Shown here: in pieces, positions 1 to 12,716 of the stretch
Position numbering within the stretch: position 1 is the stretch's first letter
How the letters are laid out: every line of letters starts with the position of its first letter
NCBI RefSeq assembly: GCF_035594765.1
Contig: NC_085845.1
Location: forward strand, 56,600,024 to 56,664,023
Length of the DNA: 64,000 nucleotides
Direction: 5' to 3'
From: Anolis carolinensis
Lineage: Eukaryota
Program-made: the position numbers and the translations under genes
The notes under the pieces: model-generated
What the model saw: only the letters and a program-made list of their open reading frames with translations
What the model was told of the DNA's origin: nothing
Database searches by the model: none

Positions 1-860
1 CAAATGGAAGATCTCCCTTTTTACAAACTCCAGCGAAACATCTGCTGATTGCTTGACATGTGTTTTAGATTTATAGGATCTTTAAGTGGCTTGAGTCAGT
101 TAATACTGGATCCATTCAATCCCTCTCAGTGGCATTCTTGGCACCAGGAGCTGGGGTCATGGTTTTTAAATCAAAATGATATAACTTTATTGTATGTTTT
201 GCAGTATTTGTGTTCAAAATTCATTTTGAAAGAGTGCTGTAAACAACCTAGTCCATGTGCTGTGTTTGATGTGTAAAACAAGCGGTTGAATTTTGTGGTC
301 ATTTTTGTTCATTAGTTTCTCTGCTTCATGAGGTTTGGTTCAGCCAAAGTTAGTGTTCTTTTTGGCCACAATCCTCTGCTTATTTATTCTTTAGCAGAGA
401 ATGGGATGAAGTGGTTTGAGGTCTGAGTTGTGATGGGCGTATTCCGTAGTATGTGGTTTCAAGACTGGCCACAATATATGTTACTTGGTTGATTTTAGTC
501 ATAGTTACTTGGGCGGATAGGTTGATGGTGCCAAATATGCTCCATATCACATCATTCCTTTTCCAATCATAAAAATATGTATCACCTTGGTAGAAGTTGT
601 TAAGCATTCTTTACTTTCAGCTGAGGAATGTACAAGAACTGAAATAAAACAAATTTGCTTGTGATAGCAATATGTCAGGATGCATAAAACATCACACTGT
701 TTTTAAACACCCTTGTCAAACCTCTCAATAGTCAAATCATATGCACATTTCTTCAGAAATAAAAAAACAGTCCATTCTATATTTAAAAAGATTTATTAAA
801 TCTGGCATCAGACTGCAACTCTCAGTATTCCTTATCATTGACTGTAGCAAGGGCTTATAG

Positions 861-1138
861 CATTCGTTCCCAACCTGTGGGCCACAGCCCACTAGTGGGC
901 CATGAGACCTAAAATAGATTATTAAATTTGGTTTTCTGTGTTTGAGCAGATGGAGACTACTGGATGGCATATGTTCTGTATCAGAAACTAGAGCTGATGT
1001 GGTCTATCCAATGCAGTTTTCTGAATCAGCACTCCTAATAACCAAACAGAATCTAAAGTTGACAAAAATTGATTCATAACCCTTTTGGTACTAATGTTCG
1101 AGAGTAGTCTCTGGTCAAAAAAAGGTTGGGAACCACTG
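861..1138. mobile_element. hAT (Charlie/SPIN-type) MITE
   Basis: TIRs CATTCGTTCCCAACCT / AGGTTGGGAACCACTG; 8-bp TSD gcttatag/ccttatag. Confidence 0.85.
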
Positions 1139-3190
1139 CCTTATAGGGACTGAATTTCAGCCTCACCCGGAAGGTTGTATCTTGATCACTACTATCTTTA
1201 TGGTCAGTGTTCAATGAAATGATTGAGAGCATTCTCAATCGCAAGATCCATTTCTAAAAAAATTGGTGTCATTAATTTTTTAGGAATATTAACACTAACA
1301 ATAAATTTATTAAAGTATATTGGCTCGTTCAATGTGACATTTTAGAAATATCAAATGTTGAGAATTTCTAAAAACAATAATTTAATATTTCATGCAGAAT
1401 TTATTATTAATATTATATAAATGAATATATTATTTATAAGACTGACAGTTTTGAGATATGCCCTTCCTTACAGCTTTTCATTTATGTCATTTATGGATGT
1501 TTTTGGTGGGGGAAGAGGGGAGAAGAGAGAAAAAGTGAGAGAAAACTTCAAGTCTTGGAAGAGCGAGATTTGTGCAGATATATGTCAGCTAATAAATAAA
1601 ACTTATATACTGTTGGCCCTTCAGATCTTTTAGTGTGCAGCCCCAGCAAGCATGGTCAGTGGTACAAGACCTTGATGGCAAACCATTCTACACCCTGATA
1701 TAGAACTCACTCACAGCTTTAGGGATATTTATCAAAAGCCACAGAAATTTCAGTACCCGGGTTTAAAGGAAGCTTTCTGGACAGGGAGGCTATCAAGGAG
1801 GAAGCAAATGTACCTAGTCACAGATAACACTTCCTATCTTATCTCTGCTGCAACTATAGAAACTATGATAGGGACAAGACATACCAGCAAAGTTACTTTG
1901 GTATTTTTTGCTTTCTTTTTTTAGTGTAAAAATAATCATTTGTGAGGAAAATTAATCACACTTTCAGCATTTGCACTTTGTTTCATCTCCCTTTCTCATC
2001 TGTTAGGCTGCTTTTTTTTCACTGTTGTAAATTGACTTTTTCTTGACACGGTCTTCCTTTCATTATTTTGTGGAGCTTCTTAACACTTTGGTCATGATAT
2101 ATATTGTTATAGAGCTTGGAAAAGTTACGTTTTTGACTAAACTACCTCAATTCCAGGGGCCATCCTGAGTAAAGGAGTCTGAAAGTTGTAGTCTAAAGGA
2201 ATAACACTATGTAACAAAATCTGAAAAAAAATCTGTTTCTGGTTTGAAAGTGTTATTTTCCATTTAACTATGCGGCACTTACTTTGAAAGAAATTGTTAT
2301 ATTCCCAGAAACTTAGTTTTTGTGGTTGTTACAAACTGTGTTTGTTGAGACTCTATCAGATATTAACTGAAAGGGAAGGGACTGCCATCCTACTTCCCTG
2401 GGCTGCCTGAGCCCAGGAATCACAGAATGGCTCTAGTGACACATTCCTGGATCCTGCAATGGGATCCAGGATAACTGTCCTTGCTACCCCAAAATAGGGA
2501 AAGATGAATCTTGGTGAAGGATTCGGACCTTCCCCAATGGTTTTCTTAACCCAGGATGCAACTGCAAGTGGCTAACCCAGGGTTAAATCATATTAGCATG
2601 TATGCATTGTATGGATGCACTGGGCTAATGCAATACACACACTGCATTATTTGGCGATATAGATGCAGCCTGTGTTCCAGAATGCAGTTATAGTGGGGAA
2701 TGAATTTGCTTGTCCTGTTTTCAGACACAGGTCTTCTTCAACTTGATGAAAGTGGCAACGTTGGAACCTTCACAACTTTTAATTTAAGTCAAAAGAAGAC
2801 GTGTGTCAGTTCTGTTGTAAATAAAAGTTTTTGTAGTACATCTGAAACATCTGCTAGGAACTCTACATTTATATTAAGTAACCTTTTGCCTTTGGCTCAT
2901 GACAGGTAACAACTTCACCTTATCTTGGGAGTGAGTAATCTGTAGCCCACAGGCTATATGTGGGAGCTATGTTCTTTCTTCCATTTTTAAGATCCTTTAA
3001 ATCCTACCTTTAGATCTAAAGTATAACTTCTGAACACTCATGATATGAGAAATATTAGTAGGTGTGTTTGGTAAGAGCGTAAGTGTGGAGGTATAGTTTT
3101 GAGAACTTTATTCAGTTTCTGCATTGATTCAATATTCTTAATTTAAAAATCCAAATGGAAAAATTCCTGTCCTTTTACTTTACAGACCTA

Positions 3191-3500
3191 GGATGCATCT
3201 ACACCAGTGGTTCTCAACCTGTGGGTCCCCAGATGTTTTGGCTTTCAACTCTCAGAAATCCTAATAGTTGGTAAACTGGCTGGGATTTCTGGGAGTTGTA
3301 GGCCAAAACACCTGGGGACCCACTGTTCTACACTGTAGAATTAATGCAGTTTGACACCACTATAATTGCCACAGCTCAGTGCTATGGGTTGTAGTTTTAT
3401 AAGGTCTTCACTAAACTATAGCTCCTATGATTCCATAGCATAGCGCCATGACCGTTAAAATGGTGTCAAACTGCATTAATTCTACAGTGCTCATGCACCC
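3191..3500. mobile_element. PIF/Harbinger-type MITE interrupted by a hAT MITE
   Basis: Long inverted ends GGATGCATCTACAC..TGTAGAATTAATGCAGTTTGACACC / GGTGTCAAACTGCATTAATTCTACAGTG..ATGCACCC. The same family occurs at 4685 and 44183. Confidence 0.7.
3205..3325. mobile_element. Short palindromic hAT MITE nested in the Harbinger-type MITE
   Basis: Starts CAGTGGTTCTCAACCTGTGGG; self-complementary body; TSD atctacac/ttctacac. Homologous copy at 32403. Confidence 0.85.
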
Positions 3501-4461
3501 TGAGAGAGACTTATCCAATCATTCAATTACTCAGAAGACCAATGTTTTCTCTAATGGGTAGCAATAGCTCCTATAGCATCAGAATATAAGCCTGTGGTTT
3601 CCTCCTTCAATATTTAAATGCAAAGATTGTTAGGATTCAGAGGGAGAGATCAATTTTATTCTAAAATAGCCCCTGGGTCTGTGTTTTATCGAAATATTGA
3701 AAGATGATGCCTAAGGAGAAGCACTCTGAGTAATTAGCCACCTGGCCTGCATATTTAACATTGCTAGCATGATGTTTCTTTGACAGAAGTCCTAATAAAT
3801 GAATAGATAATTGAACTTGAATTGTTTTTTGTTGACAAGAATATCTTTTTACAGTTTTAAAAGGATGTATTTTGTAAGAGCATATAATGCTTTGTCAAGG
3901 TGCTTTCTAAGGCAATTAGCTGAGCAAATACATTTATTTATAGCAGTGTTAAAATAGTTTCAAAATATCAGAGAACAGTTGCAAGACTCATGATTGGAAA
4001 TGTTTTTTGCAGCAAAGTCTTGGCTAACTGGCATCTTTATGTTTTCCAAATATTTGTATAAACATATTAGGTGTGATATCAGAAGGACCAACTGACCTCC
4101 TTTTGGAAACTCCATGTATCATTCTGAAAGCCACAATAGAAGCATAATTCCTTGACCTATTTCAGCTAGGCTTCTGGCCTGGATACAGAAATGCAAGGGT
4201 ATTAGTTGCCCTGGTGAACAATCTTTGCCTGGAGGCAGAGGCCAGAAGCTCTGGAGTCGGGGTGAAGGGCTGGGATTCTCCTATTATGGGTGGTGGTTTG
4301 AATGGGCCTACTTCTGAGATCTGATGATACTTTCCAATACCCTAGTAGCTATAGTCGTCCCAGGCCCTCAGTTATGTGTGATTGGTTCTTCTAAATGATC
4401 AGGATCATCTAAAGAGGTACATGTTTTCATAATCCCATGAAAGCTACTTTTGAATACAACC

Positions 4462-4560
4462 CATAGAATCATCAAGAGATCCCAGGGCTATCCAGTCCAA
4501 CCCCATTCTGCCATGCAAGAACACACAATCAAAATACTCCCAACAAGTGGCCATCTAGCA
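4462..4560 (-). mobile_element. CR1 LINE 3' end fragment
   Basis: catagaatcat..ccagtccaacccc..ctgccatgcaagaa is homologous to the CR1 3' end at 63285. Confidence 0.7.
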
Positions 4561-4574
4561 TATTCCATCATGTG

Positions 4575-4660
4575 GCTGCCAGCCACAGATGGCGGTGAAA
4601 CGTCAGGAAAAAATGTTACTGGAACATGGCCATACAGCCCCCCAAAAACCTACAGCAACT
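4575..4660 (+). mobile_element. Penelope pLTR fragment
   Basis: tgccagccacagatggcggtGAAACGTCaggaaaaaatgttactggaacatggccatacagccc matches the pLTR copies at 28040 and 30030. Confidence 0.75.
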
Positions 4661-4684
4661 CTGTGGTAGGTTAATAAAGAATGA

Positions 4685-4890
4685 CTCTACACTATAAAAT
4701 GCATACAGTTTGACACCAATTTAACGGCCATGGCTTGATGCAATAGAATCACAAGAGTTGTTTTTTTGCAAGGTCTTTAGCCTTCTATGACAAAGAGTGC
4801 TAGTGTCTCACCAAACTACAGTTCCCAGGTTTCCATAGCATTGTGTTATGGCAGTTAAAGTGGTGTCAGACTGTATTAATTCTACAGAGT
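4685..4890. mobile_element. Harbinger-type MITE (same family as 3191)
   Basis: cagtttgacacc...ggtgtcagactgtattaattctacag inverted ends. Confidence 0.65.
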
Positions 4891-5006
4891 AAATTAATGT
4901 CTGTGCAGACTTACGTATTCTCATAGTTTCTGGACTTTTCCCTGCCCAGTACCTATGGGTATGCAAAGTGCACTCAAGTTAAAAAACAGAGTGAATCAAA
5001 TTCAAA

Positions 5007-5013
5007 TACATAC

Positions 5014-5061
<48 letters not shown>
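5007..5061. repeat. (TA)n microsatellite
   Basis: About 20 pure TA units (5021-5060) preceded by TACA units. Confidence 0.95.
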
Positions 5062-5063
<2 letters not shown>

Positions 5064-5639
5064 ATGAGAAAACCAGATGAGGGAATTAAAATTGGCTTTC
5101 CATGATTCATGAGGTATGATTGGCAACCCTAGGTAGATGGTGATTAACACAATCCACATAATTGGCAGCAGAATGTATAATTTATAAATAATCTGTGAAT
5201 TCTTTAAACATTTGGACATGTTGATAATATGTGGGTTTTTATGAAACAATCAGATATCAAAAAGCTTTGAAAATATTTTTTAATCAGGAAGGAATCTTCA
5301 CAAGGTAAACATATGGCATATTAAAGCTATTTTCACAAGAGCATTAATATAAACATGGATAGATTTCACCTAATATTTAAACTAATATTCCATCAAAGCA
5401 AGAATATCAGAATATTAATAACGTTCTTTTTGTGTGTTTGGCAGCTGTCTTCAAATCTTTTCCCAGAAAAACTGTGTTGGTAACAAATTGCATGCGTTCA
5501 TTACATGTAAGAATGAAGGGTTTACATTCTTCAATCAAATATATTTGTGACTTAGGGATACCTAGTTAATGCAAGATTTATTAATTGCTAAAGCAGTAGA
5601 TTTGTGGAAGTCATATTTTCCTTATGCCCTGTGACACCT

Positions 5640-8048
5640 ATGTGGACACCAACATCTGGAGGGCTGGAGCTTTGAACTAGCCTCGGATTCCATGGAACTT
5701 TTCAGATGTTCTGCCTCCAAGCTGCTGTAGCAGAGCCTAGACTGTCCAGTGGGGCTGAACCAGGATTGCCTCCTTGGATAGACACTCTTACCTGGACTAT
5801 TGTCCATGTTGCCTCTAGCCAGCAGAAAGTTTCAGAGAGCTCCCTGGGTGTCTTTGCTGATGTCAACAAAGATGCATTCTGATGGCCAGAAGTTATCCAG
5901 AGCTCTTTGTCAGCTGCCACAGTGACATGGATGACAGTGGTGGGGTTTGTAAGAAGTCAGGACAGAATAAAGATTCTATTGGTGTGCGACCCACTCTGCT
6001 GCTCAACAGTCTCCCGTTCTAATCTAGCCAGGGTGGTCTCGGGGTTGGTGTTAGAGTCTCCATGGCTCATAGAACTGGGGAACTTCAACATCAAGACTGA
6101 GGAAGCCCTGTCAGGAGTGGACCAGGACTTTATGTCTGTCATGACAACCATGGGTCTGTTTCAATTTTATCTGGCCCCCCACATACTGCTGGATACACTC
6201 TAGGCCTTGTATTTTGTACAGAGGGTGGGGACGATGATGATCTAGGAATGGAGGAGCACTCGATGGTTCCATTGTCATGGACAGATCACTCGCTATCTTG
6301 TCAGGTTTAGACTGGTTGGGACTCAGAACCAGGAGTTGGAGACCCATTAAGATGGTTTGCCCAAGAAGGCTTATGAATCCAGATGGATTCCTGATGGCTC
6401 TTGGGGAATTTCCCACTGCCCAGGTAGGTGATCCTGTTGAAACCCTGGTTGATCTCTGGAATGGGAAATGACCAGGGTGATAGACATAATTGCTCTGAAG
6501 CATCCATTCTCACAAAGTAGAGAAGATTCACTAAAGGAGCTGGTAGCGGTGAAACACATGAGGTGGGGACTGGAGAACAGTGTCAGAGAACTTAGAGTGA
6601 TTCTGATTGAAAACAAGCAAAATGTATCTGAAGATCTATGATGGGTCAATAAAAGAGCATTTTATACAAATACTATTGCTGAAGCACAAAACTGTCCAGC
6701 AGAGCTATTTAGGGTGGTTAGAGACTTAATCCAACCCGGCCCAAAAGAGAATGTTTGCCATACAACTATGCGCTGGGAGTTTTCTCACCATTTTGCAGAT
6801 AAGATCACTTGGATTCGTTTTGACTTAGATGCCACATCTGGTGGATGTTACCTTGGTACCTGCTTGTCAAGTGTTGATGGACACCTTTCAATTTGTGTAG
6901 GATGTGGACAGGATTCTTAGAGAGATGAGAGCCACCACAAGTACTCTAGACGCAAAACAGGTCAGAGGGGGACTGGTGGAGTGGGTTAGGAAAGTGATTA
7001 ATACCATCTTAAATCAGGGCAGGGTACCTGCGGGCCTCAAGGAGGCTGTGGTAAGACCACTTCTAAAAAAAAAAAATTCCCTAGATCCCTCTGTATTGGA
7101 CAACTACAGACCAGTCTCCAATCTCCTATTTTAGGCAAGGTACTGAAGCATGTGGTGGCTTTGCAATTCCAAAGAATCCTGGATGAAGCAGATTATCTAG
7201 ATCCATTTCAGTTTGGTTTCAGGCCTGGTTATGAGGCAGAGACAGCTTTGGTTGCTTTGTTAAATGTCCTACACAGAGAACTGGATAGAGGGAATGTGTC
7301 CCTGTTGGTTTTCCTGGACCTTTCAGTGGCTTTTAATACCATCAACCATGGTATCCCTTTGAGTCGCCTTTCTGGTATGGGGCTTGGAGGTACTGTTCTT
7401 CATTGACTTAATTCCTTCATGGAGAGACATTCTCAGAAGGTGATGCTGGGGGACTTCTATTCGACTCTTTGGTCACTGGCCTGTGGGGTCCCTCAGGGCT
7501 CTGTGTTGTCCCCCATACTGTTCAACATATACATGAAACCACTGAGAGATGTCATCCAGAGTTTTAGAGTGTGGTGTCATCTATATGCAGGTGACACCCA
7601 ACTCTATCATTCCTTTCCACCTAATTCCAAGGAAGTGGTTCCTGGTCTTAACCGGTGCCTGGCAGCTGTAATGGACTGGATGAGGGCAAACAAATTGAAG
7701 CTTCTAGTCAGTTGTAAGACAGATCTGGACATAGGGATTCAGCCTATGCTAGATGGAGTCACACACTTCCTGGAAATGCAGGCTTCCAGTTTGGGAGTAC
7801 TCCTGGATTTAGCTCTAAACCTGGAGGCCTAGGTATCAGCAGTGACCAGGGGTGTTAGTGTGCCAAATGCACCAATTCTTGAAGAAGTCAGATCTGGCCA
7901 CATGCCTTGGTTACATCCCAGCTGGACTACTGTAATGTGCTCTACATGAGGATGCCTTTGAAAACTGCTCAAAAACTTCAGTTGGTCCAAAGAGCAGCAG
8001 CCATACAGCTAATGGATGGTTACAGGGAGCATAAAACTCCTCTGTTGC
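5640..8048 (+). mobile_element. L2-clade LINE, degenerate ORF2 (APE endonuclease + RT), 3' end missing
   Basis: Frameshifted fragments: LGNFNI (APE GDFN), LDNYRPVSNL, DPFQFGFRPG, LDLSVAFNTINH, GVPQGSVLSPILFNIYM, LYAGDTQLY, LDYCN. Confidence 0.92.
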
Positions 8049-10199
8049 AGAAGGCAAGAGCTTAGCCCCTTCTGGGAGAAATGAAAAGAATCATCAACAA
8101 ACATTATACTCTTTCCACTGTGGTGCTACTTTTGACTTTTTGGAATACCTGGATGAGGAAATGGTGGCAGCACTGATGGTTTCACCTCTCCCCAGAATAA
8201 CCCTTGATGTATCTACAGGTCACAACAAAATCTATAATTGTGACCTCCAAACCTGTCCTTGACATACAAGAGATTGTCTTCTATAGTATACTATGAGTAT
8301 ATATGGTAGTTATTTTCAGTCTATAGGTTAGAGGACTCAGGGCAGGTTTCATGACATACAAAACCATAGTGTTGCATGTGAGTTTAGAAGTCTCTATTTT
8401 CATGTTTCCCACAGAAATGTCCTGCAATAGTCACCAGTTTGATATCCTCAAATAAATGGTAAATATAATTTCAGATGCCTCTTACATAATATCAATGTTT
8501 GTTTCAGCATATTACTTACACAAGCCAATTTTATTTGGTCTCATCAAATATCGTTTTAGAACAACTCGGTGGGTGTGAGAACATGATGGTGATGAACATC
8601 TGAGATGAATTGCCCATTTTCACCATCTGGCAAAATTGCATTTCAGAATTTATATTAAGCGTTGACATGTTCTGTAATTCTTACCAGGTTAATAAGAATG
8701 TATTTTATTCACCTTCTGTCCTCAGCATTTGAAAGAAAGTGGCACTCTATGGTTCATTTTCATGAAGGCAACAAATAGTATCTAAGTAATGGAGTTGCTG
8801 TGTAATCAACTATTATAGTACTGATGAATATTTCTCAAATCAATAATAAGCCATCTGAGTACATTAGCAAAGTATACAAAATAATATTTTATATCTCAAA
8901 GCCTCATTCAGAAATAAAGCACATCTGACTTCAGTAAATGTTTGTAGGACCGCAGTCTGCAGAAGTGGCCTTGAGTTCTAAGACAAATGGGAAAGCTCTA
9001 ATGTTGAATAATTCTGCAATCCCCATCACATGAATACCAAGAAACCTTGGAAGTTTAACACGATTATACTTGAGGGTTCATTGATGCTGGTAGTTGTAGA
9101 TCAAAACCTTTGGAGGATTCTGAAGTTATCTGCCACTTTCATCATCTATCAATCTTAGCATGTCAGATTTAAGATTGCTTAAATCTAACACATTGCTTAC
9201 CAATGGAGTTTTGACAAGCATCTTAATTAACTTGTTCATCATCTGAAATTTTACCTGGCAGTCAGTGTGAAAAACAAATATTTGCCACAATACTTAGAAT
9301 GAAGTACACTGTGATGTCTTCCTCCATGCAGCCAATACACAGGGGAAAAGGTTAATGAGAAAACTAGGAGTTATATGTCTTGATCCAAATGAGTATAGTC
9401 ATGCTCAATTAGATCCTCATATGAATGTCCATCCACATATATGATTGCATGAAGGAATTTGGTAGAGCTAAAACTTGTAAATATTTCTTATTTCTGTCAC
9501 CATTCTCAAATTTGAGAGCTTTGTTTGAATAAAAGATGGATTGAAATTGAAATATTATTTATAAATCATAGAGTTTTAAAAAGAGATGAAGTGCATTTAT
9601 GGGAGTGTGTGAACATGATCCTGTACATTCTATAGGGGTCTAGAGAAGGAAAATATTAAATCTTTGCATTTCGTTTTGGTAGTAGAAATCTTTATTTCCA
9701 TATCATGGATATTGTTTTCTAGTTTACCTTGATATATGTATCCCCCCCCCCCTCAGTCAACCTGACTTGCATCCCATCTTTTTCCTCGAAGTCATAAGCC
9801 TGTTAGGAATATGGATTTGATAATTCTTCCATCATACCTAGTTTTTTATCGCAACTTTCCTTCTTCTAATTTTGTATTTTGCAGCTTCTTTTTATGATTG
9901 TGTTTTGTAACTTCTTTTTATGATGCCACTGTACCACATCTGTAAATTGTGGTTACAGTGAACAGTTGTTAGTAGCATTACCACCCTTATAAACACAAGC
10001 ACCAACATACATGCAGAGCGCTATATATTAGTGTTAAAACAACACCATTCAGTTTAAAAACTTAAGTGAAAGTACATTTTTCTCATGAAAACATAGTTTC
10101 AGACAAAACATCAACAGACTGGAGGTGCTAGAAAGCACAAATGACATATTTTTTATTTTATACTAGCTTGGGGACCCGGCGGTGCCCGGGTTATTTGAG

Positions 10200-11165
10200 A
10201 ACGGAATGTTTGCCTTTGTTCCAAGTTTAGTCTCGATCCAGTGTCAGTTAGCTTTAGTTGGTATGGGTGAACTACAACTCCTATATGCAAGTCCATGGTC
10301 GATCCCCCTCCAAACAGCTCCAGGATGTAAAGCAGGTCATGGGGACTCGATGTGTCAAGTTTGGTCTTGATCAGACATTGGTGGGGGTCGCAATGGTCTG
10401 GGGAAGTGAGTGAAGATACTGTCAATCCCATCATCCATGGTCTGTTGTTCCCTCAAATGATAGGAGGACGTAAAGTGGGCCACATTGCACCTATATGTCA
10501 AGTTTGGTACAGTTTCATCATTCATGGGGATCACAGTGGTCTGTGGGAGGTGAATTGGATGAAAGTACTGGAAATCCCATCATCCTTGGTGCATTCTTCT
10601 GCAAACAACACCAGGACATAAATTGTGTGACATTGCACCTGTGTGTCAAGTATGGTACAGTTTCGTCTTTCATGGGTATCACAGTGGTCCGTGGGAGGTG
10701 AATCGGGTGAGGGTACTGCAAATCCCATCATCCATGGTCCATGCTGCACGAAACCGGATCAGGACGTAAAGGGGGCCACATTGCACCTGTGTATCAAGTT
10801 TGGTACAGTTTCGTCATTCATGGGAATCACAGTGGCCTGTGGGAGGTGAATTGGATGAAGGTACTGCAACTCCCATCGTCCTTGGTCTGTCCTCCCTCAA
10901 ACTGCTGCAACATATAAAGTGTGTCATTTGGGATATATATACCAGATTTGGTTCAGTTCTGTCATTTGTAGCAGTTGCTGTGGTCTCAAGAAGAGAGTGA
11001 AGGTACTACATGTCCCATCTGTGTGCCAAGTTTGGTCCAGTTCCGTCACTGGTGGGCATCGCAGTGGCCTGTGGGAATTGTAGTGATTGAAAGTACTACA
11101 TATCCCATCACCCATGGTCCATCATCCCGCAAACGGCACCAGGACATAAAGCGCATCATGGGGTA
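10200..11165. repeat. Degenerate ~148-bp tandem repeat inside the Helitron
   Basis: caagtttggtac-like anchors at 10222, 10356, 10499, 10647, 10795, 10943 (148-bp period in the core). Further related pieces near 11026 and 11790-11897. Confidence 0.85.
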
Positions 11166-11243
11166 GGCTGTCTGGAATTGTGGGAGTTGGAGTCCAAAAC
11201 AGCTGGAGGGCCCAAGTTGGCCTGTGCCTGGTTTAAAGGCTTC

Positions 11244-11620
11244 CATACAATCCTAGAGTTAGAAGGGGTGCCCAAAGGCCATCTAGTTGAACCCCCTTCT
11301 GCCATAGAGGAAGACACCATCCAAGCCCTCCCGACAGATGGCCATCCAGTCACAAATACGATTGGGAGATAGAGAGAGTCCTAGATTTGAAAGGGGTCTC
11401 TGAAGGTCATCCAGTCCAGCCCCTTCTGCTGTAAAGGAAGACACCATCCAAGCCCTCCTGACAGATGGCCATCCAGTCATACATACGATTGGGAGATAGA
11501 TAGAGTCCTAGATTTGAAAGGGGTCTTTGAAGGTCATCCAGTCCAGCCCCATCTGCCACAAAGGAAGAGTCCATTCAAGCCCTCCCGACAGAAGGTCATT
11601 CCAACCATACATACAATTGA
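11244..11620 (-). repeat. Three tandem ~127-bp units derived from a CR1 3' end, inside the Helitron
   Basis: cctag anchors at 11252, 11380, 11507. The unit aligns by eye to the CR1 3' end at 63296-63393. Confidence 0.8.
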
Positions 11621-12644
11621 GACATTTATTTATTTATTTATTTCTAATATTTCTCCCCCGCCTTTCTGCAATGGACCCAAAGTGGCTTGCAAGGTCATTA
11701 AGCCACGTGCTAACATCCACCATATAAATAAAACATAAAAGTAATGTCAAGCAATAGTAGTATAAATAAGATATAGCTGGGTTCAGTGGGGGCAGGTGAA
11801 CTACAACTCCCATATGCAAGTCCATCATCCATGGTCCATCCCACTCCAAACAGGGCCCGGATGTATAGTAGGCCATGGAGACTGTATGTGTCAAGCCTGT
11901 TAGAGTGAATAGGCCAAAGCCTGCTCTGTGGTAGTTTTTTGCCTCAGTAAAAACTGGGGGGGGGGGGGGAGTAAACGATCCTTAAAAGGAAAGAATAAAA
12001 AGATAGTCATTATTTTCTCTTTAGTCTGCTGTGAATAGTATTTACGTACTGCCGCCTTACCTTGTTGAAGGAGAGTGCTGTATCCAAAAGACACAGGCAA
12101 AAGCTGCTCTGTTTGGAACCATGGGGAACAGGGAAGATGGCTGCCTCTTTTGCGGCCTAGCACAATGGAGCCAGGCTGCAAGGCCTGAAACGTGTTAGCA
12201 AAATGATCAAAGGAGGCTTGGATTCGGGCTTTGGGGGCTAGAAGTGTTCATAAGCATATCGTTAAAAAGATAATAACAATGTTCTCTGCTGTCTTTTGAG
12301 GAAAGTAGGGCCTTACAAAGAAGTTGAAAGCTGAGGCAAGATGGCGTCCTCCTTTTCGGCCTAGCAGCAAGGGGCCAGCCTGGAAGGCCTTAAACATGTC
12401 AGCAGAGGGGCCAAAGGGGGCCATCTGTTGTCAGTGGGTTCATGGATCGTAGGGGTGATGTGTGTCTTTTTGGTCCAGGTCCGGCCTTCCTGGTGGTGGC
12501 AGTGGTGTTTTTTATTACCAAAGTGTAGGCCGAAAGCTGTTAACTGTCCCAAAGCTAGCATCGTTCTGAGGAGATAAGTAGGCCGAACGAAGCCAGTTGA
12601 TAGTAGTTTTTCCCTCAGCAATCCCAGTGGCCTGTGAAAGTGGC

Positions 12645-12716
12645 GGCCAATCAGAGCTGGCCCATATTCCGGCCGGCCAATCAGAAAGCTGATCCATATT
12701 CCGCCAGGCCAATCAA
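12645..12716. promoter_or_regulatory. Triplet of NF-Y CCAAT boxes near the Helitron 5' end
   Basis: GGCCAATCA three times, with CCAAT at 12647, 12677 and 12709 (30 and 32 bp spacing). Function not demonstrated. Confidence 0.5.

Noticed and set aside
1-660. Possible retroelement ORF remnant on the - strand
   Set aside because: Only a vague motif (LFYTSNTAHGLG) was seen, which is insufficient without a search.
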